Positions 44,920 to 58,219 are shown, counted from the whole stretch's first letter. The stretch: DNA of 59,406 nt, filler included, from Sphacelaria rigidula (GCA_964200075.2; 7 parts of 7 records of this genome joined end to end with filler, not necessarily neighbours in it); one strand, 5' to 3'. Numbers and translations: made by a program. Notes: a model not told the origin generated them from the letters alone.

Positions 44920-47900
44920 ATTGCAGCAGGAGTTGATGGGAATCATGATGGGCGCGGACCCGGGAGCATCCGCTTTCCCGAACGACGACAATCTGTTTGA
45001 GTGGACCGCCACGTTGAAGGGGAGCGAGGATACGGCGGTGAGACCCGATCGTAGTGTGCTATCCCTGTTTCTAACCTCGAGTATCGATTTTCCTGTGGGT
45101 GGTGAGGTTTCTCGCAACCCCACTCGGTTCTCCCAAACCTGAACCCCCCAAATCCCTTGTTGGAAAGAACGTTGCGTTTGCCGAAGGGAGGGCTAAACCC
45201 AACTGCAACCCCGCCCTCAACCCAAGGTGAACCGAGGATCCTCGCCAAAAGGGAAAGGTGCAGTTGCGCTCGTGAGTAAAGGCCCTAGCGACCAGAAATC
45301 CGTGGGCAACAAATATTAAAAAAAAAAGGTAAAGGAATAACGAGGAATGATGGAGACATCATAAGGTGGGACCTGCGCTGAACCTATACCAAACGTACTA
45401 CCCGCTCCATCCCGAGTTACCTAGGTTTAGTCTTGGACACCTGGATTTTTTCACTACATTTTTCTCGAGACAGGAAACAAACCGGCTCTGTGGAACTTGA
45501 CAGCCCCCCGCACACACACTAAACCTAGTCAGGGTGGCTCCGGAGTTGCCCAGTTCGCCACTGCGGATCCGGAAAGCCTCAAAACGTTGAAGGAACCGCG
45601 TGTTCTGGTTTAATTTGGGGTCGGTGCAGCGGTTGGCATGGTGTTGCGGCCCCTGCGGTACGCGTCACGGTATTCCACAGCCACATGATTAGTTCTGGTG
45701 AGCGTGCCAAGATGCAAATGCGGGACAAGCACGCTGCTCGAATCCTCAGGACAACCAAGCCCTGCACATATTTGATATATTTTACTTCAACGTACATTTC
45801 ATGTTGGGGGCCGCCCCTTATAACGGACAAATATCGAAATCTGGAGATCTGCTTCTTTTCATGTTCTACGTCCTTTTGCGCCACAAAAGAGAGCTAGTCG
45901 GAGTTTGACACCTTGGATTGACTTGCTTGACTAGTTGAGGTGGTTCCAGGACATCTTCCCGTGTTCCGGGTGCCGCAGCTTTCATCTTGGCCAAACAATT
46001 ATTTTTATCCGAAGGACGAGTGAAAAATACTGAAGGCCAGAGAAAAGAAGTTATTTTTTTTGGATTTTACTGTTTTTTACCGTTCTTGTACAAAAAATCT
46101 TGTTCAGCCAAGATGGAAACTGCGGCAACCGGAAAACGGGAAGATTTCCCGGATCGCCTCAATTCCTAGAGGAAGTCATTCCAAGGTGTCAAACTCCGCC
46201 TAGCTCTCTTCTGGGGCGTGACACGACGAAAAGCCCCAAGAAGGTATTTGTACGGCGCTCATAAGGAGCCCGATAGAGCGGTACGTTCAGCATTGGTGCT
46301 CTGGACACAACACACATGGATGAGATCATCTGCGGTATGCGCCTAGCCTTCCATATGTCGAGGACTATCTTACAGTCCTGGACGTTATACAAGACCATAC
46401 GGTGAAACTCCTCGTCAGTCATATCATAGTCTAATGATATACCACTCATCTTACCCTCGACCCTCTCATACGATGCGATACCCTCTCACACGATGCGATG
46501 GTCCAAGACTGTACGAGGAGAGCTGTGTCTGTAGGGTGGAGCGGCTTCCACACCTGAGGCCGAATGTGTTTTTTTCCGACGGATTCGCAATATCTCCAAA
46601 TTTCGATACATGACTGTTGTCGTTGGCTGAGGCCAGTATTGAAACATCCCGGAAGCGTGTTTGAACTCATTTGTCGTTCCAACACATCGTTCAAACACAT
46701 ATCCTTACGTACGACCTTTCCACGCACGTTTTCCACCACCACGTCGCAGTACGAAGGCCTTACCTACAAACTCAAACTGGCGTTTCCCGAAACGTACCCG
46801 TACAAGCCGCCCGTGATCACCTTCGAAACGCCGTGCTTCCACCCCAACGTGGATGAGCACGGAAACATCTGCCTCGACATCTTGAAGGAGAAGTGGTCGT
46901 CGGCCTTCAGCGTCAGCACTATCCTGCAGTCGTTGAGATCACTCCTCGCCGGTGAGTTCTTGACTGCACGTTGGTCCCCCATTCGTTTGTGTTCTTATGT
47001 CCATACATGATGCAGTCTTCCAAGGGTCCACCGTCGCTTGGTTTTCTTCCACTTTACGGATGGTGTGGTGTGAAGGTTTGAAGAACGAACCAGGAACTTA
47101 CTCCGATGCCGTGCTCACAGACCTCTCGCCACCCTCCGTACTATGTACGGGCTTCGTGCAGTGCGAAGGAAATCTCAAGTAATGTTTTTTTGCCAGAGTA
47201 AGGGCGTCAGAAAATTCCTCGGAAAATTTTCTACCCATGTATGATTTTTAGCAGATGTCTTTTTTGGCTCATGGTCTGGCTTGAATCGCACGGCCGCGAA
47301 GCCCCGTGGCTGGGCTCCTCATCGTTGGCCACTTGAGGCCACATCCGGTGTGTGCGATATTTTTCAATATTGGGGATTTCACGGAATGGTGACGGGAATC
47401 GATGGGCCGAGCAAGAGAGGATTCTGTGTGATCCTGTGCTCGATAACAGTCGTGAATGAGCTGAGCCCTGGAAGAGTTGAGTCCTCGATCTCTCGAGAAA
47501 ATGGACCTGCCCCAAAGATGGTGCTGAATAGACGAGTGGAGAAATGAGCAAAATGACGGAGATGGCTCGTGTGTGTTGTCTGTGTGTTGTGTGTGCGTGT
47601 TGTCGTCCCATCTATTCTGGACGCCAGTGTACACATTTCGGTACATGTGGGCGCACCAGCCGGGGTCAAACAGGAGGAAGGTCAACACAGAAGTTTTTTT
47701 TAATTCATTCGATCTTGGTACCCCACCTTCCTTCTGCGGCGTTTGCCTCTATTTTTATCGCGAGAGGGGTTCAGCAATCCGTTTCCCTCGTCGACCGTTA
47801 CATCGACTTCTGTGTAGTAGGACCCAGTCGCTCTTCACTGCTGGGTATGGCGTGAGAAAAATATCCCAGATCGCTCCGAGATTTGAACCCACGACCCAAC

Positions 47901-48138
47901 CGTCAGAAGGTTTCGAGGTTACCAGCTGAGGCACCGGGGCGAACGCTGGTACAGCAACAAATTCAGCAAATCCTTTTCCCCCATGAATCTCTAAATTCCC
48001 TCGTATACATGCCTTTGCATCGCAGATCCCAACAACGAGAGCCCACTCAACACGGAGGCGGCGAATCTCTGGGCGGATCCGGAAAAATACCGGGAAGTAT
48101 GCCGACAGAGATACAAAGACAGCAAACAGGAATCTTGA
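44920..48138 (+). CDS. UBE2C: Ubiquitin-conjugating enzyme E2 C (UbcH10/UBC19-20 type); first exon not located
   Basis: Exons 44920-45037, 46750-46951, 48026-48138: [111 protein letters not shown] motif and catalytic Cys intact. Confidence 0.93.
45879..46218. mobile_element. Foldback/MITE in UBE2C intron (degenerate arms may extend to ~45788-46288)
   Basis: AAGAGAGCTAG.CGGAGTTTGACACCTTGGA.TGACTT... and its reverse complement form ~150-bp arms. Confidence 0.8.
46289..46660 (-). pseudogene. Family-B DNA polymerase 3'-5' exonuclease-domain fragment, decayed and intronless
   Basis: [76 protein letters not shown]: the SYSL..IA...K motif followed by ExoIII YxxxD and the M..V...P helix; broken by a frameshift and a 20-bp tandem duplication (46461-46500). 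Confidence 0.65.
47569..47942 (-). mobile_element. SINE family 1, full-length copy in UBE2C intron
   Basis: Minus strand TCGCCCCGGTGCCTCAGCTGGTAA...GGGTTCAAATCTC...CAGAATAGATGGGACGACAACAC.. with CA-rich tail; fragments also at 33883-33905, 43167-43250, 50851-50906. Confidence 0.85.
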
Positions 48139-50362
48139 GCTTGGAGGTCCTACATTGTACAGGCATTCCGCCCCGTCCGTCCCTGTAACCGAGGCCTATA
48201 ATAAAGCACGATGAAATTGGCGCGCCGGCAGTGCGAGAATTGAGTGATGCATGGCATGTGTGGTGCACGCTAGACAATCACTGTTGTAATATTATGCGTG
48301 GTTTAGCCGGAGTCCCATCGAATCTCGGTTCGTCGAATTGCTGGTGGTTGACTTGTGAATCGCGCTCGGTAAGGCAGGACAGGTCCACGCGAGAGCACTG
48401 GCTGCACCGAGTTTTGTGTCGTGTCGATACGTGAAGTCAGTTCTGTCCTACTATGTCGCATGGTATGTGTTGTGGGAGGAAATGCCCTCCTTGCTCCTCC
48501 GACTCGATTTTGGAACTACCAGGGATTGACGGTTTCGTCATTAAAGGGTTTTCCGGCTATGCTTTTGGCTTGGGGATGAGACTTGCGTGTATCCTTATCG
48601 TTGATGTTTGCTGCTGCCACTAGATTATCACGAGTGTCGGAAGGAGACGTACGCTAGCGTGGCACTGTCGAGTAGAATATCAGCAGCAGCACAGGAAGGG
48701 CCATAGCCTTCTAGTCGCCGGAGGTCCCGCCCTCAATGTACATTTGAACATTTTGATTCGATGAGCTCGTAAACTCACTGTTTTCCCATGTACGTACAGT
48801 TGATGAGCGCGGATATACTCATGATCTTCGATGCCGTGGTCTTGAGAACACGATGAGAGCCGGACGGGGGGGGGGGGGGCAATGGAAGGAATACTATGTT
48901 GGAAACCGTGCAGTGGAGGACATTTTTGTAATTTTCGGCACGCGTTGGTGGTGGAAAATCCATTTTTCGGAATTCTTTGTTGCAAAGAAGCGCTACGAGT
49001 GAGTGATTTCTGTTGTGGTTGTGGTCACTCGAGAGCAGACGGAACGCGGAGAGGAATTTCCACTTTTTGGATGAGCAACACTGACGCGTCCTCCCTTGAA
49101 GCGCGTGTGGATTGGTTGCAACATTCCTTTTGGGTTGGCATGCGGGGGTGGGACCGGGATATGGGCCGTTGGTGTTTCGGAAAGAGATGTGTGTCGGGTA
49201 CGGGTGGGTATATTTTGTCGGCGGTTAGGGTCACAGGTAGAGGGGGGGCGTACGTGTTGAAATGTACGCCGCCCCGATGAACCCCCTGTGTTGATGTGCG
49301 CGTTTGTGCGCGGACATCATTCCAGGGTTAATGTGCCACGGGGCTCTATGATGGTGACTGTGATGCGCTGTTCAACTACTTTTTGGCTGTGATCAATGTT
49401 TTCGTGAGATCAGGAGTAGAGGGTATGACTGAGGGTAGCCCACCACGCAGGCCTTCGTATCCCCGAGTAGGATATCGATGTGTAGTGGAAGCACACGCTA
49501 GTCATGGAGGCAAAGAAGAGCGCACACGGAGTGAAGGAATTGCCAAGTCCACGCGAATGATCGAAGCCACTCTCGATCAGCGCTCCATCCTCAATTTTAC
49601 GATGCTTTCCGGGGTACGAGTGTGTGCTGAGTCCGCTGACGAGCACATGCGATAGGTACATGTGAAAGTTGAGTGCCGATTAATGAGCATGTCGACCCCA
49701 ATTTGTTGTAGGTGCTCTGTGGCCGATGCGAATGACACGTTGATTGCGCTGCCCCAACCGCTCGTTTCTTGCCGGGGTAGGTCCTCCCGGTCCGCTGACG
49801 GTTTGCGAGATATGACTTTACTTTGATCTACCGCGCGACCACCTCAACGGACGGGCTACTCTGGTCTAGCTTGTCTGATCGAGAAAACAAACTCCAGCAT
49901 GTTGAAAAGGTATTTTTGGAGGCCTCTTTTAGGGGCACGTTCACGGCTCTGTCGGGACAGATTTCTGGACCCCCCCCCTCCACGCGGGTAGTTTTTCGAT
50001 AAACAACGCGTCTCGTTTCAGTTGCTCAACTTTCTTGAAATGAATGATGAACTACTGTCAAAAACCGAGCAGTCTGGTGGGCTTTGCAAAGCACGTACAT
50101 CTATCTGCACACAAGAACGTTTCGTGAGACGGAGAGTTTCGATTATTTTCATTTCCGCACATTGGTCCCATCTCGCGAACCCGTGGTCACAGACGTAGGC
50201 TCGCCTTTCCAATACCGTCCCTGCTTTTCCTCACCAGACGTGACACCCACCACACATGAAAATAAGACCGGTGAAAAGTACGAGCTGACACACCCACAAA
50301 AAACCGGTGCAGAGTACGAGCTGGACCAGCCTAGAGGCGGATTGGAAGTTTGCAGGCGAAAG

Positions 50363-50396
<34 letters not shown>

Positions 50397-50730
50397 CTTC
50401 ACAGTGAAAAACCGGTCCCATATCTGCGCGGTACATTCGTACTGGGCATCTGATACGGGCGCCTTCCGTGGTCACAGGCTAGCAAAAAACCAAGAACAAA
50501 TTAAACCCAGATTGAAACTCACAAAACGCGATACACGCTGAACAGGAATGAATAATGAACAAGAAGGGGAGTACATATGCCTAACCTCAGAAGCTCCGGT
50601 GCCGCAGGTGGCCATTCGGATGTGCCGGCCAATATTCTAGAGGCGGGGCGTCAAATTTGGTATGAACAAAGCTTACGGCATGAAAAGAAGTTCGAGAAGC
50701 ACAAGTAAGTAGAGTTTTTTTATGAGTTGA

Positions 50731-50828
50731 CCCTTAGACCGCGAGATCAGTCTTTGTGGATCATGCATACTTTTTCCCACTTGAAATTGATGCTGATTCC
50801 ACGGAAGACCAACCTCGCGGGCCAAGGG
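50731..50828. mobile_element. ~98-bp piggyBac-like MITE (copy 2)
   Basis: CCCTTAGACCGCGAG...CTCGCGGGCCAAGGG, flanks TTGA/CTAA; internal AAATTGATGCTGATTC shared with 1305-1401. Confidence 0.55.
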
Positions 50829-52132
50829 CTAAGAGCGTTATACTGATACTGTGTTGTGTGTGTGTTGTCGTCCCATTTATTCTGGGCGTCTGTCTGCCCC
50901 TTTCGGNNNNNNNNNNNNNNNNNNNNNNNNNNNNNNNNNNNNNNNNNNNNTTAATTAATTAANNNNNNNNNNNNNNNNNNNNNNNNNNNNNNNNNNNNNN
51001 NNNNNNCTGTTTTAGGCTTGAACCTCATCTCGAAGTTAAACCTCAATTCGCACAATTTGTTGTTCTTTGTTAAGTTTCAGGTTTTCTATTTCTTTTTTTT
51101 TATTTTCGTTTGTGTAGGGGAGTTGTGAGGAAAAGGGAACATTGACTAATACCGAGATAGCCCCCCCCGCAAAAAGTGCACCGGAGACCGTCTGCAAATC
51201 GGCCGCGATCTCACTATTGTGCTCGTTTGCAGCAATTTCGCCCACATGAAAGGCGTGTAGCAGTCCGAAATCAGCGATCATGCCCAAATGAATCGCGTAG
51301 TGCAGCACGAAACCAGCTCTAACGGCATTTTTGATCATCGCCTCCGTGCACTTTTTTGGCCGGTTCGAAAGGGGGCTATCTCGGCAGCAGTCCATTGCTC
51401 TTGTACCCTATCTCAGTTTTGCCGCTTATTTTTTAGAATTGTGATTTGAAACTCAGCATGGAGAATCGCAAATGCATGCTGAAAAAAAAGGTTTTCACCT
51501 CTCGATTTTTTGGAGAGGTTGTAACGTTCTCGTGAAAAAAAATGTTTTTGCCATACTAAAACGTTTTAAACCAGTAAATAAATGAGTAAAATCAATCTAA
51601 ACCACTTTTGTTGCTTCATTATGCCCTAGCAAGATCCCACACAAATTTCAATACACAAGTACCAAACCTGGACTGGTAAGTGGCCTGTAAAATACTGTTC
51701 CGAATTTCGCCCAACCCGGTTTCCACAACGGCCCCTTTTTGGCTCAATGTTTAGAGTTGGGCCTCCACATTTTGTATGGACAATGAATAGGGAATAATGA
51801 AAAAATGTTTGCATGGACGATTTTTTGTTTTCATGAGTTGACGGCAATAATCGGTTTTCAGGTTTCAGCAAAATGCCGCTAACTAACTCACCAAAAAGAA
51901 AAAGAAGCTTTGGGTACAAGCATGATCTTTTCATTCTACCCTTTTCACTGTCCATACCAAATTTTAGGGTTCAACGCAGAAAGTTGAGCTGAGAATGGGC
52001 TTCCAGGCTGGCCCAGCTCGTACGCAGTAAGCTTGTATTTATTCGTCATTCACGATACATATCGCACGGTCAGGGTGCTGGAATTCCCCCCCTCAAAAAC
52101 AAAGCGTGCGGAACTGTGGTTACTGTAAGTTG

Positions 52133-52239
52133 CACGGTTCGGACGAATCAAACTTCATAGAACAGCCTGGATTCGTTTTTGAGGTTCAACATTTGGGTGA
52201 GGTTCAACGGACCATCGAAATTTCATTTGTTTCGTCCAA
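52133..52239 (+). mobile_element. Short hAT-type MITE with the same TIR but a different interior; right end runs into an N gap
   Basis: CACGGTTCGGACGAATCA...CATTTGTTTCGTCCAA[N]; internal TGAGGTTCAAC twice. Confidence 0.55.
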
Positions 52240-52332
52240 NNNNNNNNNNTGTAACCCTAACCCAGAAGTTTCTGTACGGTAGCCCAAGCATGATGAGCGG
52301 TCCAACAGAAAAACCACCGTCATTGCGCGGCA

Positions 52333-52637
52333 TGTAGAGTAGTCCACCTACAGTATACATGCAACATGTAGATATGCGGTGGATCCTGGATGGATTGGTT
52401 GGAGCATGACTATTGGATGCGTAACATGTCGTGTTCGTGAGGAAAGCCCATGAAGTTCACTTCCGGTTTAATGAAGACAACTGTTTGTATAACTGCTCTG
52501 TCTTGGAGTCTGTGAAGCCCTGCTGGGGAGGAAGCCTTTGGAGCAAGCACTTAGACCTTGTTCTGATTCCAGACAAGTGAATAGTAAACGTTTACTCGAG
52601 AAACTTGTGGTTTCTGAACGGCGTCGTTGAACCTAAA
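52333..52637 (+). repeat. 5' LTR (3' boundary approximate)
   Basis: Matches the 3' LTR over 246 bp (8 substitutions by hand count) up to AGACAAGT, then continues ~55 bp to CCTAAA. Confidence 0.85.
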
Positions 52638-52710
52638 AAGAGGGAGGACGCTCGTTGAATAACACGGGGGTAGATACGACGGAGCACGGAGTGCAGGAAG
52701 CGTTTGAAAG

Positions 52711-53950
52711 ATGGCGCGAACGAAAGTGAGCAAGGAATCTAACTCTGACAAGGAGGGGGACGACGAAGAGGTGGAGTTCAATGTGACGGATTAGAGTGCG
52801 GGGGGATTGCTCGAGGCGCCTGAGTATGGGCGCTCGTTCAGTGAGCAAGCATCGCGACGGTTTCTGCAGAAATACCAGGACTGACTGTTCTGCGACGAAA
52901 CAAGACTCGAACTGCAAAGAGCGCACTATTGATCATGGAGGAGCTAGTGCCTCGGCATGTACAAGATTTTTTGTCGGACATTATTTTTTATGGCACTGAG
53001 CTCTCTAACGCCCGGATTAGGGAAGGGATCGCACGGCATGCGAAATTCTGGGTAGGAATGGAAATGGATTCAACGGAGGCCGCAGCCGGTGTAAAAAAGG
53101 CACTTGCTGCACGATCTGATTCAACTGCCATGCGTCGAGTGGAAGGACAGTGCGGTGCCTCGGAAGAATATTTCAAGGAAAATGAGGGTGCCGAGCGTGT
53201 TTCCCGCGAGATGGATCGTACTTATAAACCACGCCCGGCACACATCATCACTAGAGCCATGATGGCCGGCCTGAACCCTCCGGAATGCAAACCTAAAGTC
53301 CAAAACAAACTGCAAATGACGGGGGGTGGAAAGAGCAACCGGAACTTGTATACGATGTCGCTCGTGAGGTCGCGGAACTGTGGCGAACTGTCGGGGAGGT
53401 TGATAAGCAGCGTCGATCTGCTCCACAGCGCAAGAACAAGGAGGTGGGTTCGCAAGGGCAGAAGAGACTGTTGACGGCAGCTAGCGCCGCAGCCGCGACT
53501 ATTGAATCAGGTGATAGCGGATCGAAATCCAGAAAATCTCGCAGACCAGGCCCTGATTACGCAGGATGCTTCGAGTGTGGGGACAAAGGTCATTTTAGGA
53601 ACGACTGTAAGAAGAAAAACAAGTCTACAGCTCCCGGAGGTAGGGATGGCGGACACGTACAGCCGCGGCAACAACAACAGCAAACGACGCAAGCTCCGCG
53701 GGGCGGGAGCCAGGGTCCTACCCCTACCCGGGCTGTTTTTCCAGGGGATGGTCGTCAAGTGGGCACTAACGGTGCTGATAGTACGTTGCAGCCCGAGCCG
53801 ACTGTTCCGGCTTCTACGGTACAGCCCCTGCCGTCGACAGAAACAGTTCAGCAGTGGACATCGGCGGCAGTGCCGGCGTGGTGGGGCTCACACACTGCTT
53901 CCGAGGCGGCAGAGCTGGAGGCCGAGGGTTTGGACATGGAAAATAGGTAG
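52711..53950 (+). pseudogene. gag: gag with CCHC zinc knuckle
   Basis: ATG at 52711; CFECGDKGHFRNDC at 53567-53608; interrupted by a stop and frameshifts. Confidence 0.85.
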
Positions 53951-54009
53951 CAACGCTGCCGAACTGATCTGTCTGTCTCAGGTTCCGCCGTGCAGACAGT
54001 CTGTCCGGT

Positions 54010-57000
54010 CAAGGCTGTGTTGGACTCTTAAGCTGGAATAACCATCATGTCTGAATGGGTGGCGACCCAGTTGGAAAACGCGTTCCCTGGAGTGTCAATT
54101 GTCACATCAATGGCACGTCGACACCCGGCAAGACTGGCTGACGATAACGTAAAAACTATGCACTCGAAAACGTGCCCGGTTCGTACGGCACTCCACACGA
54201 GCTGGGGGCCGGTGGTGCTTGAGCCCTGCCAGTATGCGATTATTCCCGGCGCTGATGATGCGGTTATTTTAGGGAGAAAAACTCTGGCGAAAATCGGCAT
54301 CAATATCTACAATAATCTGGGCGCATGCGCGCAAGCGGAACACCCTTGTTTGCGGGGTATCGAGACGCCTGAGTTCCGCGAGTGCAGGCGTGTGAGTCTC
54401 GCGGTGGAGGAGCTCCAGGAGACGACCGGTCACGAGGAACCGGTGGATTCATCTGTCGAGCGATTGGTGTCACGGGGTCCGGATATGTTTATGCCATCAG
54501 AGCAAGAGCTTGTTAAGCGCAAAGTGGCGCTGGAGGAGGCGGTGCAAGCTGCGGCGGAGAATGGTATGTCGGAGAACGGGGTGAGCAAGCTAAGAGAGAT
54601 TATCGGCCGTCGGACCAATGCTTTTCGACGAGCGTTGCGAGGTGACCCGCCTGCTCGCGTGGAGCCTTTGCGGGTACGATTCAAACCGGGGGCTAGAGCA
54701 GTCAAGGCGAGCCCGAAAACATACTCCAGTGGAGAAGAGCTGGTTGGCAGGGTGCATGGCTACGCTGGTGGGGCTGGGGTTGGTATTCCGCAATATCCAG
54801 GCGGTGTGGGCAAGCGCAGCTATGGCTGCGCCCAAGAAGGGCAGCTATCGTCTGGTGAGTGATTACAGAGCAGCCAACAGGCAGCTCGAGAAGGTTCTCA
54901 GTGTTATGTCGAATCATGATACGGAAATGGCCGATTTGTTGGGTGCATTGTGTTTTGTGAAGCTTGACATGCTACAGGGGCACTAGTAGATGCCGCTAGC
55001 GGCTGAAGCCCAGGAAACGTTCCCCATTGCGACTCCAGACGAACTTTTCACCCCCACGAGGGTGCCGCAAGGCGTGCTCAACGCTACCGGATATTTTCAA
55101 CAGCGCTACCGGATATTTTCAACAGATAATGATGGGACTGTTGACTGGACTCGACTGCAAGGTGTGGGTTCACGATATTTTGTGGTGGGGGAAAGATGAG
55201 GATGACTTGCTGCGCACGCTGGATGCGATTTTGGGCCGATTGGAGGACGTTGGTCTGTTTGCTGCTGCGCACAAGTGCATGTTTTATGATACGCAGGTCA
55301 CGTGGTGTGGGAATGTTTTTTAGGTGGACAGGTTGCTCATGATCGCGACCGACTGACCGGATTAGCCAACATGCGTCGCCCACGTACGGCGGGTGAGCTG
55401 ATGCAGTTTTCACAGACTGTCAGTTGGCTGCGAACATCTCTACCGTGTTTGGCGGAAACGGTGGAGCCGCTGCGTGAGTTATTGGAGGAACATCTGCTTG
55501 AAACGTCCGCCGCACTAAACGAGTGGCGCTCAATCGTAAAATCGAAGATTCGGCATGGACATTTCAGCGGGGTCAGGCGTGGCATGCTGCGCAAGATTTG
55601 GTGGCGCATGCTGTCGCTTTGTCGTATCCGAAGGAGGGGTATGAGGTGCTGATGTTTCCAGATGCATCGGATCTACATTGGGGCAGCTTTTTGACGCAGG
55701 TGCCGGCCGCTGAGTTGGATGAGCCGCTGGCGGTGGAAGACATGAGTCACGAGCCGATGGGGTTTCTCAGTGGGACGTTTCGTGAGGCACAAGTTCGATG
55801 GGCTACGGTGGATAAGGAAGGCTACTCCATTGTGAGTACATTCCGAAGTTTGAAGTATTTGCTGTTGGGCGGAGTGCATATTTTCACTGACCATCGTAAT
55901 TCGGCATACATTTTTAATCCTGAGGCGTGCGTGCCATCGTTGTCTAAGACTGCTGCCCAGAGACTCGAGCAATGGAAGGCTGTGCTCGGGCAGTATGATT
56001 ACACTATTAGGCATATTTCTGGTGAACGCAACTGCTGGCGAGACTTGCTGTCAAGGTAGGTGAATGTTCCGGTGGTGTCTGTTCGTGCTCTGGTGGTATT
56101 CGCGAGTGGTGAGCCGGATGACACACTACCGTCAAAGGACGACATTCGAGCAGCTCAAGAGCAGGCTCGCGCAGGGTTCGGGGTGATGGTTGATGGAGAT
56201 ACCTCGTTTACTGCCGCTATTAGGCGCGTTTTGAAAGATGGTGAGGGCTTGTTTCGCGTGCACGTCGCAGATAAGCATGTGTTGTGGATCCCGCCACAAG
56301 CAAAAGAGTTGCAAACACGTTTGAGGGTGTGTGCCCACATGAAGGGGGCAGGCCACCGTGGGGTTGTGGACACATTGCAACGATTACAGGAATACTGTTG
56401 TTGGTACCAGATGGAAGCTCACGTTACCGACTTCGTGAAAAATGCTTACACTGCATGGATTCGAAAGCTGGGGAGAGGGTCCCGCGACCGCTAGGGGAGA
56501 CCGCTCATGGTACACGGCCCGGTGAGGTGATGCACTTTGATCATCTCTACGTTGGTGAGAGTGGTCGCTTGGGCAAGAGCGGATTCGATGAAGGCGATGC
56601 ATACAAGTACATTTTTAGTGATGATGGAAGATCTGAGCAATTTCGTGTGGTTGGAACCCACGAAATCTTGCACTGCTGCGTTGACGGTGCAGCATTTGTT
56701 GACCTGGTGCAAAACTTTGAGCCCACCGGGGGTTTGGGTTAGTGATACCGCGTCGCATTTCAAAAACCGTGTGATGCGAGCGCTGGAAAAGGCGCTGAAA
56801 CTGGACAGGAGGTTCCTGGTCGCCAACTCGTCGTGGTCCAGCAGGACGTGTGAACCGATGATGAGAGAAGTTGTCCGTACTGTGAAGGCAATGCTTCAAG
56901 AGGAGCGGCGCGATGTTCGTGACTGAATGGGACTGGTGCCTGCGGTGCAGTGGGCGTTGAATACGGCATTCCGCGAGCGATGTGCCAGTACCCCCTACAA

Positions 57001-57690
57001 TGTAATGTTTGGACGCGCGCTGCGCACGAGTTTTCCGACACTGGCCTCGTCGACCGGCGGCGAATGACAACTTGATGTGCTGGATGAAGACAGGCTGCGG
57101 CAGAAGGTGGCGTCAGTTGTTGAGGCGCAACAACAGCTGCACAACGAGGTGGCGCAGCGCCTGGAGAAGACTCGTGAGTTACAGCGACGTGTTGCCAGTA
57201 GGGGACAGTTACCTAATTCTATGGTTGGTGATTATGTGTTGGCGGCGAGAGTTAGGCGTTCCGGCACAACGCCGAAACTCGTCATTACGTGGACAGGGCC
57301 GTGGTGAATCGTGGCAGCGGAGCATCACTATGTGTACGAGATTCCGAATATCGTCAACGGAGAGGTGAAGGGCGTACATGTCGCCCGTCTACGGTACTAC
57401 GCGGACAAGAAACTGGAGGTCATTGCGGATCTGAAGGAAGTGTTTCAGTATGCGTTTACTCCAGGAGAGTTCGAAATGGAGGCGATCATTGACTTGTACG
57501 AGGCTCAAGACGGTGATGGGTTCGTTGTACACGTGGAATGGGTAGGTTTTGGCAAGGACGAGAGCTTGTGGGAGTTACTGGAAACGATTTTGGAAGGAAC
57601 CCGCAGTTTGTACGTTCTGAATTGCGTAAGTTGCGGCTAAAAAGGCAGACACGGGCGCGTTTGCTTGCTAGGTATGGTCTCAAGCTCTGA
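54010..57690 (+). pseudogene. pol: pol: protease, reverse transcriptase, RNase H, integrase, chromodomain
   Basis: AVLDS (PR); YRLVSDYRAAN, KLDMLQG, RVPQGVLNA, VWVHDIL (RT, YxDD decayed); FPDASD, TDHRN (RH); AHMKGAGHRG..CLHC, SDTASHF (IN); EFEMEAII..VEWVGF..ESLWE (chromodomain ~57466-57600); many stops and frameshifts. Confidence 0.92.
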
Positions 57691-57968
57691 TTGGATGGGT
57701 TTCAAGCTGTGATCGGTTGTTGGCGTAGTTCGTGGATTCTACTATGCAATTCGGTGTTCGGTGAGTATACCGCTTGGTTATTGTTTGCGTAACATGTTGG
57801 AGTAGCTGGTGCTGGTGTTTTAGGATTATACTGGGGGCCATCGTGAGTGGACATGATGCGGTCTGATATTGAATACTTGTCTCTTGATGACATCGTAGGG
57901 TACTGTCGGTGTTTACTGTTCTGTCAAATTCGCTTCATGCTTTGAGTAGAGCAAGTTTTGGAGGGTGC

Positions 57969-58219
57969 TGTAGAGTAGCTCACCTACAGTATACATGCAA
58001 CATGTAGATATACGGTGGATCCTGGATGGATTGGTTGGAGCATGACTATTGGATGCGTAACATGTCGCGTTCGTGAGGAAAGCCCATGAAGCTTACTTTC
58101 GGTTTAATGAAGACAACTGTTTGTATAACTGCTCTGTCTTGGAGTCTCTGAAGCCCTGCTGGGGAGGAAGCCTTTGGAGCAAGCACTTAGACCTTGTTCT
58201 GATTCCAGACAAGTCTATA
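57969..58219 (+). repeat. 3' LTR
   Basis: TGTAGAG...AGACAAGTCTATA followed by TSD GGCA; preceded by a short purine tract GGAGGG. Confidence 0.9.

Larger units (their letters stand above)
52333..58219 (+). mobile_element. Full-length Ty3/Gypsy LTR retrotransposon with chromodomain, decayed
   Basis: LTRs begin TGTAGAG at 52333 and 57969; 4-bp TSD GGCA (52329-52332, 58220-58223); domain order gag-PR-RT-RH-IN-CHD. Confidence 0.95.

Noticed and set aside
52250..52263. Telomere (TAACCC) signal; also AGGGTTAGG at 58861
   Set aside because: Only about two units, internal, next to a gap or inside a MITE
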